Assembly: GCA_039679675.1 (NCBI GenBank) | Contig: JBDKUN010000012.1 | Location: 1 to 33,264, forward strand | Origin: Armatimonadota bacterium | GTDB lineage: Bacteria > Armatimonadota > UBA5829 > DTLH01 | Direction: 5' to 3' | Length of the DNA stretch: 33,264 bases | Shown: in pieces, positions 1 to 8,550 of the stretch | Numbering within the stretch: the stretch's first letter is position 1 | How the letters are laid out: each line of letters starts with the position of its first letter | Position numbers and translations under genes: made by a program | Notes under the pieces: model-generated | What the model saw: the letters and a program-made list of their open reading frames with translations, nothing else | The model's database searches: none | What the model was told of the DNA's origin: nothing

Positions 1-109
1 CCAACGCTGCTGTTATAGCCGCGGTCAGCGTGGTCTTGCCGTGGTCCACGTGCCCGATTGTCCCGATGTTTACGTGCGGCTTCGTCCTCTCAAACCGCTG
101 CTTTGCCAT
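1..109 (-). CDS. tuf: Elongation factor Tu, 5' part (runs off the window)
   Basis: Minus strand reads [36 protein letters not shown], the EF-Tu N-terminus with P-loop; SD GGGAGG upstream. Not in the ORF track. Confidence 0.98.
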   Translation of the reverse strand, partial: MAKQRFERTKPHVNIGTIGHVDHGKTTLTAAITAAL

Positions 110-213
110 CTTTCGTTGCCTCCCAAAATCACTGATAAATCAATAGCGGGCATCCGCCCCAACAGGTGGTACATTCTTACTCCCCACCCAATCAAAGGAT
201 CAGGCAGGGAACC

Positions 214-288
214 TGGAGCCCACGATGGGATTCGGACCCATGACCTCCTCTTTACCAAAGAGGTGCGCTACCCCTGCGCCACGTGGGC
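214..288 (-). tRNA. tRNA-Thr(GGT)
   Basis: Acceptor stem GCCCACG/CGTGGGC, anticodon arm CCTCT-TTGGTAA-AGAGG, encoded CCA; T-loop is the variant TCCGAAT. Confidence 0.95.
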
Positions 289-377
289 GTACTTCAGTGC
301 AGGCTTGATGATTCTTGCCAAACACACACCGGCTCCCGGGTCCGATCAAAAAGGAGCCGGAAGCCACAACAAACGCC

Positions 378-406
378 ATTATATCAGGATTACTCAGCCC
401 TTGCAA
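378..406 (-). promoter_or_regulatory. sigma70-type promoter for tRNA-Thr(GGT)-tuf
   Basis: TTGCAA-N17-TATAAT with a TG extended -10 on the minus strand. Confidence 0.75.
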
Positions 407-448
407 GTGAGCTTAGTAAATCCGTTTTTGGATCAAGATAAAAGGAGT

Positions 449-533
449 TGGTGGTGGGAGTAGGTTTCGAACCTACGTAGGCTTCGCCGGCAGATTTACA
501 GTCTGCTCCCTTTGACCACTCGGGCATCCCACC
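449..533 (-). tRNA. tRNA-Tyr(GTA)
   Basis: GGTGGGA/TCCCACC acceptor, anticodon arm GCAGA-CTGTAAA-TCTGC, long variable arm, GTTCGAAA T-loop, CCA end. Confidence 0.97.
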
Positions 534-603
534 ATATCAGAGGCTAGTAGCTGGAGGCTGGAGGTTAGAATTTTCTGGCCTCCAACCCCTAACTTCCACA
601 TCC

Positions 604-679
604 TGGAGCCGACGATGGGACTCGAACCCGCAACCTGAGGTTTACAAAACCCCTGCTCTGCCAATTGAGCTACGTCGGC
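604..679 (-). tRNA. tRNA-Thr(TGT)
   Basis: GCCGACG/CGTCGGC acceptor, anticodon loop TTTGTAA, TTCGAGT T-loop, CCA end. Confidence 0.96.
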
Positions 680-688
680 ACTTTCACG

Positions 689-712
689 AAAAAATCCCCG
701 CTTTCGGGGATT
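689..712 (-). terminator. Terminator-like hairpin in the leader of the tRNA cluster
   Basis: AATCCCCG-AAAG-CGGGGATT followed by a T run on the minus strand. Confidence 0.5.
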
Positions 713-762
713 CATCGCGTCGATTCCAGCCATATAATTGGCGACTGGAACCTGATACAATG

Positions 763-791
763 ATTATAATGGCAGATAGATGCTCTGTCAA
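763..791 (-). promoter_or_regulatory. Consensus sigma70 promoter for the tRNA cluster
   Basis: Perfect TTGACA-N17-TATAAT on the minus strand. Confidence 0.85.
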
Positions 792-863
792 TAGCCTTTT
801 TCGCGAAATATTGCAAGAATCCGCCCTGAAATTTGGGTTTTGGATGCTACTACCAGAATCGAA

Positions 864-1370
864 TCAGTGCCGCGCGGCCAGTCTCCCTCTCAGCCAAGAC
901 CCAACCCAGATCTGCATCAAAATTATCCCAGAAAGCATCATTGCAAACGGCACACAGAAAAAGAGCTTCCAGGGATAATGAACAAAACCGACTAATGCGA
1001 GAATGAAGCAAATAAGAACTTGAATGATAACTGCAGCCGAAAAGCTTCCAATAATCAGACGCGAACTCAAAACCTTGCGTCGGCTGAATCCATAAAAAAG
1101 CGAGCTAAAGCTCAATATTACCCAGATAGCTGATTCAGAAGGATCTGACCACCTCAAATATTTCTCAACAACTACACCACAAAAGACCCAGAACCAAGGT
1201 AACAGCACGCAAATCGATGCAAGTGTAATAAACTGCGAGTCAATCCGCACTTTTTCTACAACATTTTCAGCAGGCGGAGAGGGATTATCTTCCACCAGGA
1301 GTGAATCACAATCTGCACAGACCGTAATGCCGGGTTGATACTCTGAACCACACTTCGGGCACCAGGGCAT
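864..1370 (-). CDS. Hypothetical membrane protein with N-terminal zinc ribbon
   Basis: MPWCPKCGSEYQPGITVCADC (CxxC..CxxC), about 4 hydrophobic segments, SD AGGAG. Confidence 0.75.
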   Translation of the reverse strand: MPWCPKCGSEYQPGITVCADCDSLLVEDNPSPPAENVVEKVRIDSQFITLASICVLLPWFWVFCGVVVEKYLRWSDPSESAIWVILSFSSLFYGFSRRKVLSSRLIIGSFSAAVIIQVLICFILALVGFVHYPWKLFFCVPFAMMLSGIILMQIWVGSWLRGRLAARH

Positions 1371-1408
1371 GGTTATCTCCTTCTCTGGATTTGCTCTATC
1401 TGATTCCT

Positions 1409-2713
1409 CTACGCCTGCCCGGTCGACCTGGACCTCGGCTTAGGCTTCTGCTCGGTCTCATGCGGAGGAGCAGGGCTGTATCTGTCGTACGATATATGCT
1501 CTTTTACCGGCTCAGCGCCGTCCTCACGCAGCACACGGTATACAGAAACAGCCGTTACTACCGTGCCGTTAGCTCTATGTATCTGTTTTGGTGCGCTTGT
1601 CAGTATCTGAACATCTCTCTTGCTCTCACTCGCCCCATATATCTCGACCGTAAGATAGCTTCCCCGGACCTTTGTAGCAATGTAGATCGGCGCGGATGTA
1701 TTATTCCTGAATTTGAGATCAAGAAGCCCATAAGCCACAGTCGCATCCCTGCCCATCGGGACATACGGGACCGGCATGGAGTGGTTGCTCCGCTCGATGA
1801 TCTTGAGGTTCGCGAGAAGCGCAGCGTTATACACTGTGCTGGAGACCTGGCATATGCCGCCGCCGGTACCAGGGATTATTTTCCCTTTGACGTAGATCAG
1901 AGCGTCCCTGAACCCGTTTTCCTTGACCCTGGGCCCGACAGTATCGTTATAGGAGAATATACCGCCCCGCTTTACGAGCTTTCCGTTGATCGATGCAGCA
2001 GCCAGCTTTACGTTGTGAGTCCTATCCGTGCGCCATGCAGTGAACCTGGTGGTGTAGCGGGAAAGGAGTGTATCGACCTGCGTCAGATCAGCAGCAGTTA
2101 CTTCCGGCTTGTCTACGGCTATCGGCAGAATAACTCTTGACTCGTTGCGGTCGACAGCCGTTTTGATCAGCTCGATTGCATTTACCGGGTCTACCGCTGT
2201 TCCAGCCGCTTCAGGTGTGATAGACCTGTACCCGTCATCAAACGACAACTTTGCATCCCTGGCCGGTACCGCAACAGCTGAGTTTATCTTATCTATGAGT
2301 TCACGGAGTTTATCGTTATGATAGCGGTAGCGGACGCCGAGGTCAGCCGTTCCCCTCAAGATTCCGAGCCCTTCCACCAGCCTCACCGGCAGGATCCCCC
2401 GCCGCCCGATAGAATAAGCCTCCGCTGCCATTTTTTTTGTATCGACCGTTACGCCGATGTCCCCAAGAGCGCCTGTCCACCTGCGTTCTGCCGCAGTAAT
2501 CTCAAGGTTGGCTGCGAGCTGTTTTCTGGCCCAGCCCCTAAGCTGATTAGCGGCTTCGTCCTGCGTTAGCCCTCCGACATTCACGCCGACAACCCTGACC
2601 CCAGGAGCAATACGTCCCGATGCAAGGAAGCTGAATTTAATCCCAATGACAAGAGCTAGCGCAAGCCCTGCTGCAACCGTTATTCCTATGCGAAATGATT
2701 TCTTCGCTGACAT
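1409..2713 (-). CDS. VanW-family (YoaR-like) protein with peptidoglycan-binding region
   Basis: N-terminal TM anchor; VanW motifs FSYNDTVGPR, GGGICQVSSTVYNAALLANLKIIERSNHS, GRDATV, DLKFRN. Confidence 0.9.
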   Translation of the reverse strand: MSAKKSFRIGITVAAGLALALVIGIKFSFLASGRIAPGVRVVGVNVGGLTQDEAANQLRGWARKQLAANLEITAAERRWTGALGDIGVTVDTKKMAAEAYSIGRRGILPVRLVEGLGILRGTADLGVRYRYHNDKLRELIDKINSAVAVPARDAKLSFDDGYRSITPEAAGTAVDPVNAIELIKTAVDRNESRVILPIAVDKPEVTAADLTQVDTLLSRYTTRFTAWRTDRTHNVKLAAASINGKLVKRGGIFSYNDTVGPRVKENGFRDALIYVKGKIIPGTGGGICQVSSTVYNAALLANLKIIERSNHSMPVPYVPMGRDATVAYGLLDLKFRNNTSAPIYIATKVRGSYLTVEIYGASESKRDVQILTSAPKQIHRANGTVVTAVSVYRVLREDGAEPVKEHISYDRYSPAPPHETEQKPKPRSRSTGQA

Positions 2714-2875
2714 CTTTACCTCATCCGATATCTGCCGTCTATATCATTTTACTGCTATCAGGGGGGAAAAGTTTACATATATTCGGATGTTTTTCGTAAA
2801 AAGCTGTCAGTTTCGAACCGCGGAGGCACAGAATGGCAGAAAACGCAGAAGGTAGAGGCTTACATTGATGAGCCC

Positions 2876-2937
2876 GGACATCCATAACGATGGCACGGGG
2901 GATCCATGCCCCGTGCCCGTTTCTTGGACATCCATAA
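2876..2937. repeat. REP-like hairpin flanked by 12-bp direct repeats
   Basis: GGACATCCATAA at 2876-2887 and 2926-2937 around the hairpin GGCACGGGG-N8-CCCCGTGCC. Confidence 0.6.
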
Positions 2938-2971
2938 AAACAAAGGACGAGGATTGGAACCCCGCCCTTTG
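2936..2971 (-). terminator. Rho-independent terminator after accA
   Basis: CAAAGGGCGGGG-TTCCAAT-CCTCGTCCTTTG then TTTTT on the minus strand (G-U pairs favour this strand). Confidence 0.75.
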
Positions 2972-3062
2972 GTAAATTTCTATTCTGTTCCTCTTTTCGC
3001 GTTCTTCATTGCTTCGAACTGCTGCCGAAGCGGGCCGCAGGCCTTTTCCCTCGATTTAAATG

Positions 3063-4046
3063 CTAATCAGCTGACTTGGAGCCAACGACAAACCGGCCCA
3101 TCTGCCTGAACTTTTTATATCGCTCATCGGCAATCTCATCACCTGACATCAAGCTGAGCTCATCCAGATGCTTCAGTATCGCATTTTTGAGGTTTCTCGC
3201 GGCCATGTCGACGTTCCGATGCGCGCCACCGAGCGGTTCAGGGACGATTTCGTCGATGACACCCAGCTCAAGCGCGTCCTGCGATGTAATTCTGAGCGCT
3301 TCCGCGGCTTCTACCTTCCGGTTCGGGTCACGGAACAATATCGCGGCGCAACCCTCCGGCGGAATGACCGAATAGACCGCGTTTTCGAGCATCAGAACCC
3401 TGTTTCCAATCGCTATTCCGAGCGCGCCGCCGCTTCCGCCCTCACCGAGCACTGCAACGACTACCGGAACCTTTAGGGTGGACATGTCCATAAGGTTTCT
3501 GGCTATTGCCTCGCTTATGCCCCGCTCCTCTGATCCGACGCTGCAGTCTGCAGCAGGAGTATCCACCAGGCAGATGATCGGGCGTCCGAATTTCTCCGCC
3601 AGTCTCATCAGCCTCATCGCTTTTCGATAGCCTTCCGGTTTTGCGCTCCCGAAGTTTCTATACTGCCGGTCTTTCAGGTCACGGCCTTTCTGCTGGCCGA
3701 CAAACACGACCTTATATTTGCCTATCGCACCGATCCCGCCGAGCATAGCTTTATCATCTGAAAAAAGCCTGTCTCCGTGGAGTTCGAGGTAATCGTCAAA
3801 TATAAGGCGGATGAAATCCATTGCATAGGGGCGCTTCGGGTGCCGGGCAAGGAGTGTCTTGTCCCAGGGAGTCAGCTTGGAGAAGACCTGCTTCATCAGC
3901 CGGTCTCTGTGCTTCTCCAGCGCAGCTATTTCTTCAGATCTGTCTTGTCCTTCTTCAGCGGTAAGGCGTTTAATCTCTTCGATCTGCTCTTCAAGCTCAA
4001 GAATCGGTTTTTCGAAGTCGAGCACATTCAACTGGTTAAGCGACAT
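3063..4046 (-). CDS. accA: Acetyl-CoA carboxylase carboxyltransferase alpha
   Basis: [51 protein letters not shown]. Confidence 0.97.
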   Translation of the reverse strand: MSLNQLNVLDFEKPILELEEQIEEIKRLTAEEGQDRSEEIAALEKHRDRLMKQVFSKLTPWDKTLLARHPKRPYAMDFIRLIFDDYLELHGDRLFSDDKAMLGGIGAIGKYKVVFVGQQKGRDLKDRQYRNFGSAKPEGYRKAMRLMRLAEKFGRPIICLVDTPAADCSVGSEERGISEAIARNLMDMSTLKVPVVVAVLGEGGSGGALGIAIGNRVLMLENAVYSVIPPEGCAAILFRDPNRKVEAAEALRITSQDALELGVIDEIVPEPLGGAHRNVDMAARNLKNAILKHLDELSLMSGDEIADERYKKFRQMGRFVVGSKSAD

Positions 4047-4902
4047 CAGCGTCCTCCTTACCGCAGAAGTCCAACAACTTGACCAGAGTCTGCTTCATAT
4101 CCCTCCGCGCCACTACCATATCGACCATTCCGTGGTCGAGCTGGAACTCCGCTCTCTGGAAGTTCGGCGGGCGGTTGATGACCCCGGCCTGTTGGGCGAC
4201 CCGCTCTCCGGCGAAGCCGATCAGTGCGCCGGGCTCCGCTATGATGACATCACCGATGGATGCATAGCTCGCATGCACTCCGGCAGTAGTCGGGTCGCAC
4301 AGGACGACGATGTACAGCAGGCCAGCCTCGTTCAGCTTTCCGATAGCCGCGCTCGTCTTTGCCATCTGCATAAGGGATAGTATCCCCTCCTGCATTCTGG
4401 CACCACCGGAAGCGGAGAATAAAATGAGCGGCCGCTTTTCTTCGATCGCACGCTCGACGGCCAGGACGACTTTCTCGCCCTGCACACCGCCCATGCTGCC
4501 CCCCATAAACCCGAAGTCAGCCACGCCGATCACTATGGGACGCGATTCTATCGTAGCCGTGCCTACGAGCATCGATTCATTGATGCCTGATGTATGCCGG
4601 CCCTTTTTTATCTTTGCTTCATAATCCGGAAAATTGAGCGGATTTGCGGTACTGATCTCCGTCGCAAACTCCTCGAAGCTGCCGGGATCGACTGTAAAAG
4701 CCAACCGCTCTTCCGCCCGCAGCCTGAAGTGGTAGTTGCACTTGCTGCAGACCCGCAGGTTCTTTTCCAGTTCCTTGTTAAATAGTATTTCATTGCACTT
4801 CGGACATTTAGTCCAGAGGCCGTCAGGAAGCGCATCTACACTCTGACGCGCGATCTTCTGGGCACTCTTCGACTTACGTCCGAACCAGCCTATATTTGCC
4901 AT
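4036..4902 (-). CDS. accD: Acetyl-CoA carboxylase carboxyltransferase beta
   Basis: [16 protein letters not shown] zinc finger, [33 protein letters not shown]. Confidence 0.97.
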   Translation of the reverse strand: MANIGWFGRKSKSAQKIARQSVDALPDGLWTKCPKCNEILFNKELEKNLRVCSKCNYHFRLRAEERLAFTVDPGSFEEFATEISTANPLNFPDYEAKIKKGRHTSGINESMLVGTATIESRPIVIGVADFGFMGGSMGGVQGEKVVLAVERAIEEKRPLILFSASGGARMQEGILSLMQMAKTSAAIGKLNEAGLLYIVVLCDPTTAGVHASYASIGDVIIAEPGALIGFAGERVAQQAGVINRPPNFQRAEFQLDHGMVDMVVARRDMKQTLVKLLDFCGKEDADVA

Positions 4903-4947
4903 GGATGGGCTAATCCTCCATACTGTAGCCTTAGAATGGGCAGATAC

Positions 4948-4976
4948 AGTATATCAATTGCTGAGTCACTTCGCAA
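4948..4976 (-). promoter_or_regulatory. sigma70-type promoter for accD-accA
   Basis: TTGCGA-N17-TATACT with TG extension. Confidence 0.65.
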
Positions 4977-5024
4977 TCCGGGGCGTAAAACAGGAGGTAA
5001 GGAACGGGGGCTGGGGATGAAAAA

Positions 5025-6428
5025 CTATCCCCTATCCCCGTTTTTTCGTGCAGCGTTCAACCCGATGTCTATGGCCTGCCAGAGCGCGTCTACTCCTAGA
5101 ACCTCTATCCCAAGGCCTCGCCCCAGCTTGTGGGTGTTCCGACCGGAGACGATTGCATGGTTGAACCCCAATCTTCCGGCTTCTTTCAGCCGTTTTTCTA
5201 CCTGGCCGACAGCGCGCACCTCCCCGGAAAGCCCTATTTCACCCAAAACCACGGTCTTGGGGTCTATGGGTATCTCGCGGAAGTTCGATGCCACTGCGAG
5301 CGCAATCGCAAGATCGACTGCGGGCTCGATTATCTTCAACCCTCCGGCCACATTCACGTACACATCCTGGTTGGCAAGGCTCAATCCGACGCGTTTTTCG
5401 AGCACTGCAAGGATCATGAGCGTCCGGTTGTAGTCTATGCCGGTCGTCATCCTCCTGGGGCTTGAAAAATAGCTCGGAGCAACAAGCGCCTGTATTTCCA
5501 CCAGAATCGGCCTGCTCCCCTCGATAGTCGATGTAACGACAGAGCCTGTGCCGTGCTCAGGCCGCTCCAAAAGCAGCATTTCGGAGGGATTTGCTACTTC
5601 CGTCAGCCCGGCTTCTCTCATCTCGAAGATTCCAAGCTCATCCGTTGAACCGAACCTGTTCTTTACGGCTCTCAGGATACGATAAGTCATGTGGCGGTCG
5701 CCTTCGAAGTAGAGGACCGTATCGACCATATGCTCCAAAACCCTCGGCCCTGCGAGCGCACCTTCTTTTGTAACATGGCCGACGATGAATATCGGGATTC
5801 CGGTCGATTTGGCGATGCGCGCGAGCACCGAGGTGCAGTTTCTCACTTGGCTAACTGTCCCTGAAGCAGAAAACAGCTCCGGGTGGTAAACCGCCTGTAT
5901 CGAGTCGATTATGACGAACTTCGGCTGTGTCGTCTCGATATAATGGCTTATTGCCTCGATATTCGTCTCAGTCGCGAGCAATAGTTCTTCCGTAGCCACG
6001 CCAAGCCTGTCGGACCTGAGCTTGATTTGCTCTACCGACTCCTCGCCGGACACATAAAGTGTCCTCCCTGCGTTCCGGCTGAGGTTGTTTGCTACCTGGG
6101 TGAGCAGCGTGGACTTGCCGATGCCGGGGTCTCCGCCGATGAGGATAAGCGAGCCTGGGACTACTCCGCCGCCGAGAACCCTGTCGAACTCCGATATGTC
6201 CGTTTTGGTGCGTGAACTCTCGCCGGACCGGATCTTGGTGATCGGTTCAGGAGGCGCGAGAGAACTCACAAACCCGCTGTTAGTGACGGATTTTTTCTTG
6301 GGTTCCGGCTCGATTATCTGCTCGACCAGGCTGGCCCACTCGCCGCAATCCGGGCATTTGCCAAGCCACTTCGGCGACTCATAGCCACACGACTGGCATA
6401 CAAATTTTGTCTGCTGTGCTTTTGCCAT
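5025..6428 (-). CDS. radA: DNA repair protein RadA/Sms
   Basis: CQSC..CPDC zinc finger, Walker A GDPGIGKSTL, IIDSIQ, KNRFG motif, Lon-like C-terminus. Confidence 0.98.
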   Translation of the reverse strand: MAKAQQTKFVCQSCGYESPKWLGKCPDCGEWASLVEQIIEPEPKKKSVTNSGFVSSLAPPEPITKIRSGESSRTKTDISEFDRVLGGGVVPGSLILIGGDPGIGKSTLLTQVANNLSRNAGRTLYVSGEESVEQIKLRSDRLGVATEELLLATETNIEAISHYIETTQPKFVIIDSIQAVYHPELFSASGTVSQVRNCTSVLARIAKSTGIPIFIVGHVTKEGALAGPRVLEHMVDTVLYFEGDRHMTYRILRAVKNRFGSTDELGIFEMREAGLTEVANPSEMLLLERPEHGTGSVVTSTIEGSRPILVEIQALVAPSYFSSPRRMTTGIDYNRTLMILAVLEKRVGLSLANQDVYVNVAGGLKIIEPAVDLAIALAVASNFREIPIDPKTVVLGEIGLSGEVRAVGQVEKRLKEAGRLGFNHAIVSGRNTHKLGRGLGIEVLGVDALWQAIDIGLNAARKNGDRG

Positions 6429-6437
6429 TCTTTCAAT

Positions 6438-6466
6438 ATTTTATCATATTCACCTCCCCGGCTCAA
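6438..6466 (-). promoter_or_regulatory. sigma70-type promoter immediately upstream of radA
   Basis: TTGAGC-N17-TAAAAT with TG extension; the -10 lies 9 nt from the ATG. Confidence 0.55.
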
Positions 6467-6570
6467 GCGAAAATACGTTTTTGCACCCTTCATAAATGGA
6501 CGGATGGAAAGCTGAGAAGGCTGGTTCTTGTTTACAACCCTGCGGATAACATAAAACAGCTCATACAGTG

Positions 6571-6608
6571 AAAAAAGCCCGGCTGGAGTCATCCAGCCGG
6601 GCTTTTTT
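6571..6608. terminator. Rho-independent terminator after lpdA
   Basis: AAAAAAGCCCGGCTGGA-GTCA-TCCAGCCGGGCTTTTTT perfect stem with A/T tails. Confidence 0.9.
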
Positions 6609-6617
6609 ATAAGCTAT

Positions 6618-8042
6618 TTACGCTCCCTTGTGAAGCGCCATTCCCTGTGTGTCGAGCGCGGCCTCGTGAATCGGCTCGCTCAAGGTAGGGTGCGGGTGGA
6701 TTGTGGCTTCGATGTCGTCTATCGTGGCTTCGCTCTGGATTGCGAGCGTTGCTTCCGTGATCATATCGGTCGCGTGCGGCCCGATGATGTGTACGCCGAG
6801 TATCTCGCCGTATTTAGCATCCGCTATGACCTTCGCAAACCCTTCCTTCTCACCCATGCCGAGCGCCTTGCCGTTCGCGATGAACGGGAACTTGCCGACC
6901 CTTATATTTTCATCGCCGTAGCGCTCGCGGGCATCCTCTTCGGTCATTCCGACCGATGCGACTTCAGGATGAGTGAAGACAACACCCGGAACCGCTTTAT
7001 AACTCATATGCTTGTCTTCACCGAAGCAGTTTGCAACCGCAACAGTTGCTTCATGGAACGCGACATGTGCAAGCATAGGGTTGCCGACGCAGTCGCCTAT
7101 CGCATATATCCCGCTCACGTTCGTCTGCATCCGGTCATTTACGATAATCCTGCCGCGTTCCGTGCTGATTCCGACAGATTCCAGGCCGATATTCGCCGTA
7201 TTCGGCTTCCGTCCGATAGAGAGAAGTACCTTTTCGACTTCGATCTCCTCTTCGACGCCGTCAGCGTTCTTGAACGTCACCTTCTTGCCGATGGCGGAAT
7301 CTTCAGCCCGAAGGACAGCCGCGCTGGTCTTGATTTTGAGTCCTGTCTTCTTCAGGCTCTTTTCGAGCTCCTTGGCAAGCTCATTATCCATATTTATCAA
7401 CAGCTTGGGCAGCATCTCGACGACTGTGACTTCGGTGCCGAGCTTGGCATAAGCGTAGCCGAACTCGAGCCCGACATATCCACCGCCTACCACCAGAAGG
7501 CTCTTCGGGATCGATCTGGCGGAAAGCGCCTCGGTGCTTGTCCACACCGCTCCGCCAACTTCGAACCCCGGAAGAGGCAAGAGCGCCGGGACTGAACCGG
7601 TCGCGATTATGATATTCTTTGCGGTGATGCGCTCTTTGGAACCATCGGCAGCCTCCACTTCAACTGTGTGCTGGTCTACTATCTTCCCAGTTCCCTGCAT
7701 AACGCGGACATTCTCACGTTTGAGCAGAAGCTCAACGCCCTTTCGAAGCTGCTGGACGATCTTGTCTTTGCGGTCGATGATCTTGGGGAAGTCTATCGAG
7801 AAGCCTCCGACTTCTATTCCGAAATCGGCAGCGCGTTTGACATTATTCACGACCTCCACGGTCGAAAGCAGCGCCTTTGTAGGTATGCAGCCGACGTTAA
7901 GACATGTTCCTCCGACTGCTGCTTTTTCGATTATGACCGTTTTGGCGCCCATCCGGCCTGCCCGGATTGCTCCGACGTATCCGCCGGGACCTGCGCCCAG
8001 GAATAATATGTCAGCATCAAACGATCCATCTTTAGAAAGCAT
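6618..8042 (-). CDS. lpdA: Dihydrolipoamide dehydrogenase (E3)
   Basis: GAGPGGYVGA FAD motif, GGTCLNVGCIP disulfide, GGGYVGLE NAD motif, HPHPTLSE. Start placed at MLSKDG (SD GAGGTG), not at the ORF-track start. Confidence 0.96.
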   Translation of the reverse strand: MLSKDGSFDADILFLGAGPGGYVGAIRAGRMGAKTVIIEKAAVGGTCLNVGCIPTKALLSTVEVVNNVKRAADFGIEVGGFSIDFPKIIDRKDKIVQQLRKGVELLLKRENVRVMQGTGKIVDQHTVEVEAADGSKERITAKNIIIATGSVPALLPLPGFEVGGAVWTSTEALSARSIPKSLLVVGGGYVGLEFGYAYAKLGTEVTVVEMLPKLLINMDNELAKELEKSLKKTGLKIKTSAAVLRAEDSAIGKKVTFKNADGVEEEIEVEKVLLSIGRKPNTANIGLESVGISTERGRIIVNDRMQTNVSGIYAIGDCVGNPMLAHVAFHEATVAVANCFGEDKHMSYKAVPGVVFTHPEVASVGMTEEDARERYGDENIRVGKFPFIANGKALGMGEKEGFAKVIADAKYGEILGVHIIGPHATDMITEATLAIQSEATIDDIEATIHPHPTLSEPIHEAALDTQGMALHKGA

Positions 8043-8216
8043 TTCGAGCACCTCTTCATGTATCTTATCCTGGCTTCCTAAATCCAGTTTAGGGATAGAA
8101 TCCAGGAGCATTGGCGACAGAGTGAGTTTGGGGGGGAGTGATGTGCCGACAGTTCCGGTGTAGATACTGTAATTGCAGCTCAAGCTATCATCTCCTAGCG
8201 ATAACACAATAAACAA

Positions 8217-8375
8217 GGCCGGCGGCAGGGGCAATTGTACAAAACAACCGAGCCGGATACACATGCGGCATCCGACTCTCGTATGGAAATCCGAGCGGTA
8301 TCCGGTCGTTACCCCTCAAGTAGTCCCGCGCCATGGGAATCTACCCACGTCTATCGCGAGAAAAAACCGGCGGCC
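8217..8375 (-). ncRNA. Putative structured leader or small RNA upstream of lpdA (family not recognised)
   Basis: Paired ends (GGCCGCCGG/CCGCCGGCC) and several internal helices with G-U pairs only on the minus strand; starts just downstream of a strong promoter. Confidence 0.55.
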
Positions 8376-8386
8376 AGAGCAGTTCC

Positions 8387-8415
8387 AATATATCACAAGC
8401 AGTCGGGCTTGTCAA
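8387..8415 (-). promoter_or_regulatory. sigma70 promoter for the structured RNA/lpdA
   Basis: TTGACA-N17-TATATT with TG extension. Confidence 0.8.
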
Positions 8416-8550
8416 AAATCGAAAACTCGCGGATTTTGCGAATAAGCCCCTGTATTTAGGAGGCAATATGGCTTAAAATAGCTAAGTAGTAATATGTACT
8501 AACAGGCAGCACAGGTTACGCTGCGAAATTGGAAATGAGGCTGAATTGAT

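Noticed and set aside
541..600. Short GCTGGAG-type repeats as a CRISPR or regulatory array
   Set aside because: Only degenerate heptamers forming a loose hairpin; no repeat-spacer periodicity and no cas genes in the window.
41..978. Short ORFs over the tRNA cluster
   Set aside because: They overlap tRNA genes, promoters and tuf, and have no protein-like features.
1409..2713. Vancomycin resistance locus
   Set aside because: VanW-domain proteins are widespread, and no vanH/A/X/R/S genes are present.
1391..7595. Long plus-strand ORFs such as 1391-2140 and 6630-7595
   Set aside because: Antisense shadows of well-supported minus-strand genes.
8184..8264. ORF-track start of lpdA (548 aa)
   Set aside because: It lies inside the structured RNA with no SD; E3 homology starts near 8042.
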